Positions 20,027 through 30,070 of a DNA stretch of 64,000 nucleotides are shown here, piece after piece. Position 1 is the stretch's first letter. The number at the start of each line of letters is the position of its first letter. The stretch is from the NCBI RefSeq assembly GCF_041248615.1, contig NZ_CP158425.1; one strand, given 5' to 3'. The translations under genes and the position numbers were made by a program. The DNA is from Escherichia coli. Its GTDB lineage: Bacteria; Pseudomonadota; Gammaproteobacteria; Enterobacterales; Enterobacteriaceae. The notes beneath the pieces are model-generated. The model saw nothing but the letters and a program-made list of their open reading frames with translations. It searched no databases and was not told the DNA's origin.

Positions 20027-20970
20027 CTTGTTACCTCAATGTTGTTTTCAATCGAATCGAGTTCTAAAGGATAGGTTTTAAGTGAATAAAACTTGTTTGT
20101 TGTTTGTATTAGCTGATGACACAATAAAACTGGATTGTTCTTCATGATTATTTCTACTAATGTAAGTGCTGGTGAGTCAGTTGGCGGTATACCCGGAGCA
20201 ACTATTACCTGGTCTTCTAATTTTGACATATAGAGTGATCCAGTATTTATATGTAAACAATTACCGATCAGTACTGGAAGATTGTTTTGAGTACGACCAT
20301 GGGCTTTTCGAATGCTGTTTACAGGATTCCTACCTAGGACCATAAGGTTGACGTCATTTATCATCATTGGTATTACGGCATGGTCCATACCGAATAGAAA
20401 CTGGCTCTGAAAAATATTCACATTGGCATAGTTGAATGCTTGAAGCGCATTATAAGTATCAGTGAATGATGTGCGGATAGGGGCGTAATCAGAAGGGCAA
20501 ACCCCAATTTTTATATCGCCTTTGAGTAAAATCTGCATCATCGTACCAAGCTGGGTATTAAGAAGTTTTTTTACCTCTTCCTCTAAATAGTAACGATTTA
20601 CAGCTTTATGCCACTTTCCGCCCATTACACACCATCTCTCATTGAGGTATGTGCTGGGGTAAAATGTTCTCCGGTCTTTGTTTAATGGTAACAATTTTTT
20701 TAACATTTCTTCTCCGGCTCCGGCAGCTGAGAAATGCCTCACAAAACGTCCATCGAAAAAGCCACTGTTTATCGCCTTCATCAACTCTATGGGTTCCGGC
20801 CCATAGTCAAACAAATTTCCAGTAGAGAAAATTACTATCTCTTCTTCTGGCTTTGTAACTGATTGAATCAAGTTGCACAGCGCAGAGTAATGTCCATGAG
20901 GATCTGCCAGAAAGAAAATCCTTCCCGAGAAGTTTGTAAGGTCTATAGTTTGGACGTGCTCAGCTGCCAT
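20023..20970 (-). CDS. Calcineurin-like metallophosphoesterase (PrpA/ApaH-type phosphatase fold)
   Basis: 315 aa with D-x-H-G (LADPHGH) and GNLFDYG (GDxxDRG-like) metal-binding motifs; first gene of the minus-strand operon. Confidence 0.65.
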   Translation of the reverse strand: MAAEHVQTIDLTNFSGRIFFLADPHGHYSALCNLIQSVTKPEEEIVIFSTGNLFDYGPEPIELMKAINSGFFDGRFVRHFSAAGAGEEMLKKLLPLNKDRRTFYPSTYLNERWCVMGGKWHKAVNRYYLEEEVKKLLNTQLGTMMQILLKGDIKIGVCPSDYAPIRTSFTDTYNALQAFNYANVNIFQSQFLFGMDHAVIPMMINDVNLMVLGRNPVNSIRKAHGRTQNNLPVLIGNCLHINTGSLYMSKLEDQVIVAPGIPPTDSPALTLVEIIMKNNPVLLCHQLIQTTNKFYSLKTYPLELDSIENNIEVTR

Positions 20971-21333
20971 AAATTCCTCTACGTATGTTTACATCGATGA
21001 TACGGTATTTCGAGCTATGATTTTTTTACATAAAGGCGTCATTTTGGATTCTAAGCCTAAGGACCTTTGTTACTTACTGGTAAAGGCTCCAGTCCTGGCT
21101 CTCAAACAGTTCATACTTAGGATGCAAAGTAACTTTCTGATTATAATTGGCTCCTTTATAAACATGTTTACTTCATGAATACAGGATATTTAACGGTAAT
21201 GTATTTAAAATGGAAGGATGCTGAAATAACATAGAGTTACGTATTTTTTTAATAGTGTTGATGTTGATAATAGGTCACCATTAATGTATAAAGTTAATAT
21301 CTAATATGGTCCTATTAATAAAAGAGAGTTTTT

Positions 21334-22371
21334 ATGGCTGAACTATTAAAATCTGAAAGTCCTGTTTCACAATCATTGCAGGATATCACTGAAGCTTTAA
21401 AAATCGTTGTCGATGATGGAAGTAAAGCTGCAAAACTGGTTTGTCTTAATGAAAGAAACGAATTAGTTCCCTTGCTCACACAAAATAGTTTTGTTCCAGA
21501 TTTCCGTGTTCGCCATGAGGGTCTCAATCCTTTTAACTATCTTATTGATGGGCTGGAAAGGTTTTCGCATCACAGCGAATCTAGTAACTCACTGGAATCG
21601 ACTGATGTATCTCACCAATACGATGAAATTAGCCGGTTAAATGTTCACCATGCACTTCATGCTTCTGGTTTAGTTCCTCAGGATGTTCACCTCTTTGTTA
21701 CTTTACCTCTTAGCCAGTTCTATACTGCTTTAGGGGAAACGAATATTGAAAATATTCAGAGAAAAAAAGATAACCTGATGAAACCAGTTGAGCGTTATCT
21801 TGACGGTAAACGCTATTCTTTCAACGTTTTGTCTGTGACTGTTTTCCCTGAATCTTTACCAGCTGTGACCCGGGCAGATGAAATTGAGGATATTGCTTCA
21901 TTTGAATCAAGTTTGGTAATTGATCTTGGTGGTACTACTCTTGATGTTGCAAGTATTACTGGGCAATTAGAACAGATTTCGAAAGTAAAAGGTTTTGACC
22001 GTATTGGTTGTTCTATTGTTTACGATGAGATCAGCAGGTATCTTGAATCTGAGAAACTGAATACGAGTAATGCTTACATTCATCATCTTGTTGATAATCG
22101 TCATGATAAATCAGCTTTGAAGGTTGCAGAGGACAAGCGTGACGGTGTTTTTGATGCGGTAAACTCTGCGGTACAGAAGTTGCAAAGTAAAGTAATCAGA
22201 GCGGTTACACAAGTCGAAGAGAGGCCTCATAATGTTTTCCTTGTTGGGGGAGGTTCATATCTCATCGAAACAGCTATTCGTAAACATTTTGAAACGGCTA
22301 AAGTTATCATGGTAGACAATCCGCAGTTCGCATTATCTTTGGCAATTGCTGATACTATTTATTCAGAATAA
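21334..22371 (+). CDS. parM: Actin-like partition ATPase ParM/StbA (type II)
   Basis: 345 aa; actin-fold phosphate motifs (VIDLGGTTLDV, FLVGGGS). Confidence 0.8.
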   Translation: MAELLKSESPVSQSLQDITEALKIVVDDGSKAAKLVCLNERNELVPLLTQNSFVPDFRVRHEGLNPFNYLIDGLERFSHHSESSNSLESTDVSHQYDEISRLNVHHALHASGLVPQDVHLFVTLPLSQFYTALGETNIENIQRKKDNLMKPVERYLDGKRYSFNVLSVTVFPESLPAVTRADEIEDIASFESSLVIDLGGTTLDVASITGQLEQISKVKGFDRIGCSIVYDEISRYLESEKLNTSNAYIHHLVDNRHDKSALKVAEDKRDGVFDAVNSAVQKLQSKVIRAVTQVEERPHNVFLVGGGSYLIETAIRKHFETAKVIMVDNPQFALSLAIADTIYSE

Positions 22372-22382
22372 TGAGCTAGAAC

Positions 22383-23021
22383 ATGGCTAAAAACCCTATC
22401 TCAAATAAGGCAGATAACGACCGGATTCAGATCCGGTCTTTCTGGATATCCGAAAGAAAAGCACCCTATGTTTATAGTTTCTTGAAAAAAACAGAACTTT
22501 CTCATAGGGGTGACCAACTGGATTTAATTAGGTCGGCTATTAGTACCGGGTTGGTATTGAATAATTTATTTCCTGACTTGGCAAATTTTATAAATGGTTT
22601 AAACGAAAGATTAACACTTGCAGATCTTAATAGGTTTCTGAATGATGGAAATACTATAGATACTGAACCTAAGCCTCCTATTAATGTATTGCTAGAGAAT
22701 GTCTTAGATCAAAAGTTTAAGGAGTATTTAACACCTCTACAATTAGATAATTCAAAGCAGGATTCTGTTTCTGTAAAAGAAACCTTCCTTGTACAAAAGG
22801 AACATGCCTGCTTTGGTGTGAAGATTGAAAATGAGGGAAGCGATACCTCTATACCATCTGAAAGCCCACTTTCTTCAGATGCATCCAAAATTTCAAAAGA
22901 AAAGTCCATTTCCGCTGTGGTGCCAGTGCTAGAAAAAGTATCGGATGAAAATCAAACCGCCTCCATAAGCATAAAATCTAAAGCTAAGGCAAACAAGCGA
23001 CTGGCAACTTTGGCAAGATAG
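22383..23021 (+). CDS. parR: ParR-like adaptor of the type II partition module (assignment from position)
   Basis: 212-aa ORF 11 nt downstream of parM; basic C-terminal tail; no independent motif evidence. Confidence 0.45.
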   Translation: MAKNPISNKADNDRIQIRSFWISERKAPYVYSFLKKTELSHRGDQLDLIRSAISTGLVLNNLFPDLANFINGLNERLTLADLNRFLNDGNTIDTEPKPPINVLLENVLDQKFKEYLTPLQLDNSKQDSVSVKETFLVQKEHACFGVKIENEGSDTSIPSESPLSSDASKISKEKSISAVVPVLEKVSDENQTASISIKSKAKANKRLATLAR

Positions 23022-23072
23022 GTGAGAGACAGTACAATCGACTTCTGAGTTCCAACTTGTCTTACCAGGAAA

Positions 23073-23101
23073 GCCAGCATACTTGCTGGCCTTTTTTTTT
23101 G
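23073..23101 (+). terminator. Intrinsic terminator after the ParR-like gene
   Basis: Stem GCCAGCA/TGCTGGC with loop TACT, followed by 10 T. Confidence 0.6.
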
Positions 23102-23425
23102 TTATAATAATTTCAGGCTTCACCTGGGTATGTAAAATTACTGTTAATGAAACGGTATTTTAGGTTAATTTGGGTGCTGTTACAGGAAGTGCGGATTTTT
23201 CCTAAATTTGTAAAAAACCTAAGAATTATCTTAATAAATCTGGTACTTAATTATTATTTTACTTATAAAGTCTCTGTGCTTTAATGGTTATGTAAGGATT
23301 TTTTGATACCCTTATACCCGATGGACCTAAGGTCACTGACAACGATGTTCATGTAGAATCTTCGTTTCTGTAATCCCTTTTGTTCTTGTCCCAAATGTTT
23401 GATTATTATAATAAAGGCTGATCGA

Positions 23426-23878
23426 ATGCTATCTCGCAACTCACTAATACATGGTTTACGCCGAGACCAGTTAATCGGAGTTCTGACTATTTCAGAGTTT
23501 CCGGTAGTTATGGTAGAAAGCCACTTCATTCAGTCTGAGGTTATGGGAATAAAACCCGTAATTTTTAATATTGATGAGCTTCTTGTTTCTATATCCCCAA
23601 TTTCCTCTCTTAAGTTCGATTGGGAGTGGGCCCCAGTTGATACAATACTCATTGAAGTTATCATTCCACCTGTAGAGTCAGACCTTGTAAGTGCAGAAAA
23701 TGACTTCCTCCGTGATTCTGGTATCGGCCATATCCAGTGCGAGCCTGGCGGAGCATCAATACGACGTACAGTTACCTTCGTTGGTGGAATAACCGCTGAT
23801 AACTTACTGTATCAGTTGAGGCTTATGTGCGTAAGTGCGTTAAAACTTTTAGGAGAGGAACTGGGGGATGAAGTCTAA
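23426..23878 (+). CDS. Hypothetical protein
   Basis: ORF 23399-23878; likely start at M10 (23426). Confidence 0.35.
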   Translation: MLSRNSLIHGLRRDQLIGVLTISEFPVVMVESHFIQSEVMGIKPVIFNIDELLVSISPISSLKFDWEWAPVDTILIEVIIPPVESDLVSAENDFLRDSGIGHIQCEPGGASIRRTVTFVGGITADNLLYQLRLMCVSALKLLGEELGDEV

Positions 23879-24293
23879 GATTAGATATGTTTTATCTGGT
23901 TTTGTTGTGATATGTGCATTTGCTGGAGTTTATAAAATCCTAAACAATGTTCCGGTTAAACCTGACCTTTTGGACTTCACTGGAAACACATTTAAAAAGA
24001 CATCACTCTTCCTGCCATGTGATAAAAGCTCGCCTTCTTTAAACATTAAAATTGCTGATAACGAGAAAATCGTGATCAACGGCATCGCTTCAAAAGTAAC
24101 TTTTGTTGAAAAGGCTGACCCCGTCAAAAGCCCTGGTTTTTGTGATGATCTTGATCTAAACAATTCTCGCCTTGTACATACGGCATCTTACAGCATGGTG
24201 ATTTCTGAAACCAAAACAGGATATACACTCTCAAATTTCAAGCATCTTGCCGATGATGAATCATTAGGTGGTATGTGGTTTTATCAAAAGTGA
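23868..24293 (+). CDS. Hypothetical exported or membrane-anchored protein
   Basis: 141 aa with hydrophobic N-terminus (LSGFVVICAFAGVY); overlaps the previous stop. Confidence 0.4.
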   Translation: MKSKIRYVLSGFVVICAFAGVYKILNNVPVKPDLLDFTGNTFKKTSLFLPCDKSSPSLNIKIADNEKIVINGIASKVTFVEKADPVKSPGFCDDLDLNNSRLVHTASYSMVISETKTGYTLSNFKHLADDESLGGMWFYQK

Positions 24294-24301
24294 CTTTTTA
24301 T

Positions 24302-24856
24302 ATGGCAACTTCAGACTTCTCTCTTAAAAACCATAATGTAAAAGCTTTTGGTCAGGATGCAGCACTTGTCATTGAGATGAACAATGAAGATGTTAGCTCA
24401 TCAAAACCTTCACCTTTTTCAAATGAGATTGATAATTATTATCTTACATTGCACGTCGCTCCGAGGAACGCCAAAAAAGATTATGACTGGGGCTCAAACC
24501 GTTCTGTACTTCTAAAATTGTCGACGAATGAAGTTATGCAGATGGCATCTGTATTTCTTAGAATCATGCATACTTTAAAAATTGATAAGAGGAAAACCTC
24601 ACATCATGGCCACGTCGTATACAAAAATATAAGCGTTACCCCAAACGAGAGGGGCGGTTTGTTGTTATCAGCAGGGATAGTTCCAGTCGATAAAGACGGC
24701 TTAAAACCCTTCATGCACATGGTCCCCGTCTCACAAATGGACTGCGTTAAAATTGGCCTCTACATACTTGGATATCTTGCTCAAAAAACGCCTTGGGTAA
24801 GCTCCGAGTCTATAATTACCGCGCTTCGCTTATCTGAAGCCAAGAATTCAAAATAG
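24302..24856 (+). CDS. Hypothetical protein
   Basis: ORF 24275-24856; likely start at 24302. Confidence 0.35.
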   Translation: MATSDFSLKNHNVKAFGQDAALVIEMNNEDVSSSKPSPFSNEIDNYYLTLHVAPRNAKKDYDWGSNRSVLLKLSTNEVMQMASVFLRIMHTLKIDKRKTSHHGHVVYKNISVTPNERGGLLLSAGIVPVDKDGLKPFMHMVPVSQMDCVKIGLYILGYLAQKTPWVSSESIITALRLSEAKNSK

Positions 24857-24975
24857 CGTATTAACATACGGAATACATGGAAAAATACAGGTTTTTTTAA
24901 ATGTTATACGAACGGATATTTCTGTTTTTCATCGTAAAGTGAGTTTAATTTTGCTCAGAAAAACAGGTATTCGTC

Positions 24976-27900
24976 ATGAGAAAATCAGGTTTAGGTTTAG
25001 CCCTGTTGTTTTCTTTAATTGCTCCGATTAAAGCGGTCTATGCCGAAGCGATTATGATTTCAGGAAAGCTACAGGCTGATTTGCCAGCCGTATCCTTTGA
25101 CCCGGGGCCGGGCGACTTTGTTGCATACGTTAATTCTAACACTATCACTGCCTCAGGTGCAGGCACAGCCTGTAATGTAACGGTTGATGATCGAGCGACT
25201 TCCTCTGTTGATAACCTCGTTTGTTTTTTTGAGTGGTTACCCAATACCTTGGGATTTACTTCTAACGGTTTCACTCTTTCAGGCGTTCCCAACACCACCG
25301 GTGATTTAAAACTACCTTACAAGATTTCTTACTTCTCTGGTTCTGAACGGAAAAAAGTTGAAATAGTAAAAGGTGAATATTCAATCAAAAGTGTGGCACC
25401 GGTAAAACCTACTATCACCGGTCTTAAATCATCCCTGAACGGATTAGTCTATGACGGCTTTTCTTTCAAATCGTATTTAAAGGATGAAGCGATCAAAGAT
25501 ATCGCTGTTTCTGTTGAGCCCCGCAATTATATTCAATACATCTCAATAGGTTCAGGCTCCGCCTGTGAAGTTCCTATTGGCGGAACTTCCTGTACCATTG
25601 AAGTTGGAAGCATTAAGGCCAGTGATACAGATGAACTTTTGGGTTCACGTGATATCACAATTACAGCAAACTCTAAGAATAATTATTTCGCACCTCCTGA
25701 ATCCAAAAAGCTTGTTGTTAACTGGGATTATCGGCCTCCTGTAGTAGACCATACACTTTGGAATTTTACCGATGAGGCTAAAACAATCAAAGTAGGTGGC
25801 CAGGACATCTATACCGGAGCCAAAACCGTTGCTGTGGCCGTTAAGGTACCCCAGCAAGAAACAGAAGGTGAATGGTGGCTCCCAACAGCTATGTCGCTCA
25901 CTATGACTCCGGATGGCGTGTTTAAACCGACGACTAAAGTGACTTTAGATGATGGCACTGAGATTGATTTCAAACAGTCCTGGGCAACCCCTTTACGTAG
26001 AACTTTACAGCCGGTAAGTGGACCTCAAAAAGTCGGTGATGAGTACCTCTATATCTTCGACTTAACGGATCTTATAAACGGGTCCTACGCAGCGACTTTT
26101 ACAGTAGAAAATACGAGCAAAAACTCTTCTACGTACACTGAGCCTGAAAGCAAACTGATGCTGTCTGATAACCCAACGCTTATGGTTCTCAAAGATGGGC
26201 AGGTATTAACTAAACGAGCACCCGTATACTTCCTGAACGAGATTATCGTTGCAGCTTTCCAGGGGCAGGCTGGGGTTGCTGACATAAAATCAGTAACAAT
26301 AGACAACAAAGTAGTTTCGTTAACACCTACAAATTATAGAGGTATTTACTACCTGCCGGTTGGAGACGATTTAGCAGTTAATTCGGATCACGAGATTACT
26401 GTGGTGGCTGAAAACCTTTATGGAAAAAACGTTAATTTCAGTACCGTTTTCACTTATCAACCTACTGGATTCACTCTCAAGAATCTGGAAAAAAACGTAA
26501 CTCTTTACTCGCGTGTACGTCAGTATACGGACCTGCTTAGTCAAACAGCTGGTGATAAATGCACTCTGTTTACCACAGAGGAAAATGCGAATGCTTACCT
26601 CGCCTGGTATGGGGAAAAATCAGATGTTACAGCATGCTACCCTCAGTGGAACAATGTCCCTGATGGGTTGGAGTTCTATTTTAAAGGACGTACCCCGGGT
26701 CTAACTGGATTCTTTAATAAAACAGGTGAGAATCTGCTCGACTATCAAGTCTATATGATTAACGGGAAGGGCTCTAAAGCGGTATCCGCAAGGAATCGCC
26801 GTACTCTGACCACACAATTACCATACAACCCGATCATCTCTTACAAAAAGAATAAAGTCATAGCTGGCATCAATCCGAACACTGCTCTGGCTTATACGAC
26901 CGGGGGGGAGGCCGCTCGAATATTAGCGAAGGTGGTACCAGCTGACGTTACGATGATCGTCTCTCAAAACGGCTCTGAGGCTGTCAAAACGTCATTTAAA
27001 AATCGTTCCTCAAACAACGATGCAACGACCTTTGTACAAAGGGTTAAGGTTGCTGCTGCACCATTGTGGACAAAGAACGTCTTTGACATAGCTGTAGAAT
27101 ACTCAAAGGATCCAGAATTAAGAACTACAGACACACTCAACGTATATACGGTGCCTGATTTCAATATTCGAGCATCGATGGAAGTGGATGACAGAAAAAC
27201 AGCCACATCTCTTGAAGTGCCCTTAAAGGTAACAGTGGGGCGTTATAACAACTCCACACGTAAAAGTGCATTTGACCGTAAAACAATGGGAGAATGGGAC
27301 GTCACGATATACTCGCAAAAAAGTGTATACGGCAAAGATCCAGAAACAGGCCGTTATAAAACTACATACGAAAGAACTGCGCTGACTGAAGCATTGCCGG
27401 TCAATGATGCGGGCATTGTCGAAACCAAGATTAAAATTGAAAATATGGATCTGGGTAATATGCGTCTGGTTGGTGTGGCTAAGGTCAGATCGCCATTCTC
27501 TGATTTTGAAATGAAACGTGAGACCAGTGCTGTAGGCATTCGAATCTATAAAGGTGAGGAACTGGAGGGTAACCTGTCGAAAAGCCTTATTATCGGAAGG
27601 ATCCCACTTAGTACTCTGGTAAGCTTCAAATCTGCCAGTACTGCTAACTCTGACGCACTTGCCCCCACCGAATGGCAGCAGTCCTCTGATAATGGTCAAA
27701 CCTGGAATATGCTTTCCGACATGACCGGAAAGAGAAGTGTAAGTATCAAAAAGACAGAAGTAGGAAAGTGGCTTTATAGGGCAAAAATGACCAATAAATT
27801 CACATCTAAGGTTTCCTACACAGATGCCTTAACGGTAGTTACCTACAAGCAGCCTAAGCTCAGTATAGATGTGACAGACATTCTTCAGGGCTCAGATGTA

Positions 27901-29280
27901 CCTGTAACCCTGCTTGATAACGATGAGCCTATACCAGCAGGCACCGCTGAGGTTCTCTGGTCAGAGGATAAAGTCAACTGGGTGCAGGGAGATACAACTT
28001 ACACTGTGGCTTCAGCTGATACCCTACCGTCTACGATTTATGCCCGGATGCGTTACCTTGATTCCGATGAACTGGCAGAGGAGTCTTCATGGAAGGAAAC
28101 GTCTGCTCGGTTGGCAGCCGCAAAACCCAAGCGCCTTTCTGTCTCGGTAACGGGGGTTTCTAAGGTAGAGGTTGGTCAAAAAGTTACTTTGGAAGGTAAG
28201 TTCACGAACCCTAACAGTAAGTACCAGAATGGTAATAACGTAGTTGAAGAATGGAAAACACCGGATGGCCAGACATTTAAAGGCTCTACACTGTCTGTTA
28301 CCCTTACTGAGCAAATGTTGGATAAACAGGGATATGCTGCTTTTGAATACAGTGCATGGTTAGCGGACAATAAGGAGAATACGGTTTCTACCCGTAGAGT
28401 TTCTGTCAAATCGTGGGTTTATAAATTCCCCGAAATGAAAATAAGCTCCAAACTTAAATACGACATGGCACCGACCACCCTACGCGTTGCGTTGAGCGGT
28501 ATTAAGGATGGAGACTATCCTGGTGTTACTTATTCCCGAGAATGGATTTACGACAAAGAGAATCTGGTAATCACTAAAGATGAAGGTGACACCAAAGAAT
28601 TTACAATTGAAAATCCTGGCAAATATACATTGATGGTTGTTTTCAAAGATAACCGCAACAATGAACAGCGTATCGAAAATACCTTTGTTGTCGATGAACA
28701 AACGCCAATGAACGTTGAGATGACACCCAAGTTCTCTAACAAATATATGAGAGCTCCACTCGATGTAACCTTAAGGTCAAACATCAAGCTATCTCATTCG
28801 GCGGACTCGATAGATACGGTCACATACAAGGTGAACGGTGAGGTAATACCCAGCGGCAAAAATTATTGGGCTCAACTGATTTCGGGTTTAAAAGAAAAGA
28901 AATACGAGATCACAATTGATGTTGTTAGTAAACTTGGACAGAGAGGTTCAGCATCTGTTGAGTTTGATGTCGTTAAAAACGCAGTGCCTAATTGTACATT
29001 GAGCTACACGGAAACCAACCTAAGCTGGAGCTTTACCAATAAATGTGATGATACTGATGGAAAAATGGTTAGATATGAATGGTTCATCAACGGAGAATTA
29101 AGGAACGTTTTCGGTAGTACGGCTACACTTTCTAAAAACCTTAACCGTGGTAAGCAGGACATAAAAGTAATTGCTTATGATGATAGTGGAGACTTTGCAA
29201 CGCAGCACGTGACAGTTTTCGGACCGGCTGAAGAGGCAAGTAAGTCTGAAAACACTGTATCAATACCAAGCAGTGAGTAA
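24976..29280 (+). CDS. Giant exported protein (1434 aa), beta-rich and Thr/Ser/Val-rich, consistent with tandem Ig-like domains as in IncHI RSP-type proteins
   Basis: Signal peptide (LALLFSLIAPIKAVYA); long Thr/Ser/Val/Asn-rich sequence without TM segments; position inside the transfer region. Confidence 0.6.
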   Translation: MRKSGLGLALLFSLIAPIKAVYAEAIMISGKLQADLPAVSFDPGPGDFVAYVNSNTITASGAGTACNVTVDDRATSSVDNLVCFFEWLPNTLGFTSNGFTLSGVPNTTGDLKLPYKISYFSGSERKKVEIVKGEYSIKSVAPVKPTITGLKSSLNGLVYDGFSFKSYLKDEAIKDIAVSVEPRNYIQYISIGSGSACEVPIGGTSCTIEVGSIKASDTDELLGSRDITITANSKNNYFAPPESKKLVVNWDYRPPVVDHTLWNFTDEAKTIKVGGQDIYTGAKTVAVAVKVPQQETEGEWWLPTAMSLTMTPDGVFKPTTKVTLDDGTEIDFKQSWATPLRRTLQPVSGPQKVGDEYLYIFDLTDLINGSYAATFTVENTSKNSSTYTEPESKLMLSDNPTLMVLKDGQVLTKRAPVYFLNEIIVAAFQGQAGVADIKSVTIDNKVVSLTPTNYRGIYYLPVGDDLAVNSDHEITVVAENLYGKNVNFSTVFTYQPTGFTLKNLEKNVTLYSRVRQYTDLLSQTAGDKCTLFTTEENANAYLAWYGEKSDVTACYPQWNNVPDGLEFYFKGRTPGLTGFFNKTGENLLDYQVYMINGKGSKAVSARNRRTLTTQLPYNPIISYKKNKVIAGINPNTALAYTTGGEAARILAKVVPADVTMIVSQNGSEAVKTSFKNRSSNNDATTFVQRVKVAAAPLWTKNVFDIAVEYSKDPELRTTDTLNVYTVPDFNIRASMEVDDRKTATSLEVPLKVTVGRYNNSTRKSAFDRKTMGEWDVTIYSQKSVYGKDPETGRYKTTYERTALTEALPVNDAGIVETKIKIENMDLGNMRLVGVAKVRSPFSDFEMKRETSAVGIRIYKGEELEGNLSKSLIIGRIPLSTLVSFKSASTANSDALAPTEWQQSSDNGQTWNMLSDMTGKRSVSIKKTEVGKWLYRAKMTNKFTSKVSYTDALTVVTYKQPKLSIDVTDILQGSDVPVTLLDNDEPIPAGTAEVLWSEDKVNWVQGDTTYTVASADTLPSTIYARMRYLDSDELAEESSWKETSARLAAAKPKRLSVSVTGVSKVEVGQKVTLEGKFTNPNSKYQNGNNVVEEWKTPDGQTFKGSTLSVTLTEQMLDKQGYAAFEYSAWLADNKENTVSTRRVSVKSWVYKFPEMKISSKLKYDMAPTTLRVALSGIKDGDYPGVTYSREWIYDKENLVITKDEGDTKEFTIENPGKYTLMVVFKDNRNNEQRIENTFVVDEQTPMNVEMTPKFSNKYMRAPLDVTLRSNIKLSHSADSIDTVTYKVNGEVIPSGKNYWAQLISGLKEKKYEITIDVVSKLGQRGSASVEFDVVKNAVPNCTLSYTETNLSWSFTNKCDDTDGKMVRYEWFINGELRNVFGSTATLSKNLNRGKQDIKVIAYDDSGDFATQHVTVFGPAEEASKSENTVSIPSSE

Positions 29281-29297
29281 TAAATTTTTAAATATAA

Positions 29298-29326
29298 AGC
29301 CGGGACATTTTGTCCCGGCTTTTTTA
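29298..29326 (+). terminator. Intrinsic terminator after the giant protein gene
   Basis: Stem GCCGGGAC/GTCCCGGC with loop ATTTT, followed by 6 T. Confidence 0.65.
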
Positions 29327-29557
29327 TGCCCAACAATTGGACCTTTGAAAAATTAATACCGGAAAGTAACTTTGCTACAAAGGTATCTTTCATGGCCGCT
29401 AACAAGGCTGCGTCTACATGCTGAGAAATTAACATCCTTATAGGTGAATATTAGGTTAGTTTGCAGACTTCCGAGCGTTGAAAAACATGGATAATAGTTA
29501 CTTGGATAGAGGTGTATCTACTTAGTAAAAATATTCTTCAGTGCTAGTGAGAAAAAT

Positions 29558-30070
29558 ATGAGCGACTACATACCTAAAAAGAGAGGGCTGCTTATACTGG
29601 ATTGGTATGTCCCCATTAATATTTTATTGCTGATTCTCGTTATGTGTGTCTTTTTCACCCGTTATACATTTGGATACGGTTTATTGAATGGGTGCCTGCC
29701 TGCTGATTTTTATATGATTGATCATTCGGATAAAACTATTAAAACTGGTGAACTCATAGCTTTCAACATGCCGAAATCGGTTCGTTTTATCCCAGAAAAT
29801 GAACGAGTCATAAAAATTGTTGCCGGTGTGGGCGGTGACAAACTCAAAGTAACAATGGATGGGGTTTATAACGGGGACAAATTTTTTGAAGCTAATGCAC
29901 GTCGTATTTCAAAGAAATACAGTATTCCGTCCATTTTGATTGAAAAAGAATTGATAATTCCTGAAGGCGAAGTTTTCCTAATTGGGCAAACCGATCACTC
30001 ATGGGATTCCCGTTTTTGGGGAACAGTAAAGCTGAATTCAGTAATTGGGAAAACATATGCGATCTTTTAA
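29558..30070 (+). CDS. trhP: TraF/signal-peptidase (S26)-like pilin-processing protein
   Basis: 170 aa; N-terminal TM; C-terminal stretch resembles the LepB/TraF fold (IIPEGEVFLIGQTDHSWDSRFWG); overlaps the start of the TraW-like gene. Confidence 0.5.
   Translation: MSDYIPKKRGLLILDWYVPINILLLILVMCVFFTRYTFGYGLLNGCLPADFYMIDHSDKTIKTGELIAFNMPKSVRFIPENERVIKIVAGVGGDKLKVTMDGVYNGDKFFEANARRISKKYSIPSILIEKELIIPEGEVFLIGQTDHSWDSRFWGTVKLNSVIGKTYAIF

Noticed and set aside
20971-21333. Possible parC-like centromere repeats upstream of parM
   Set aside because: The region is AT-rich and promoter-like, but I could not identify a convincing set of ordered direct repeats by eye.
27223-27699. Antisense 158-aa ORF inside the giant protein gene, and similar antisense ORFs inside the TraN-like, TraW-like, helicase and TraB-like genes (e.g. 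34044-34517, 30753-31130, 38084-38506, 5585-5965)
   Set aside because: Fully embedded antisense in long, well-supported sense ORFs; no independent signal.
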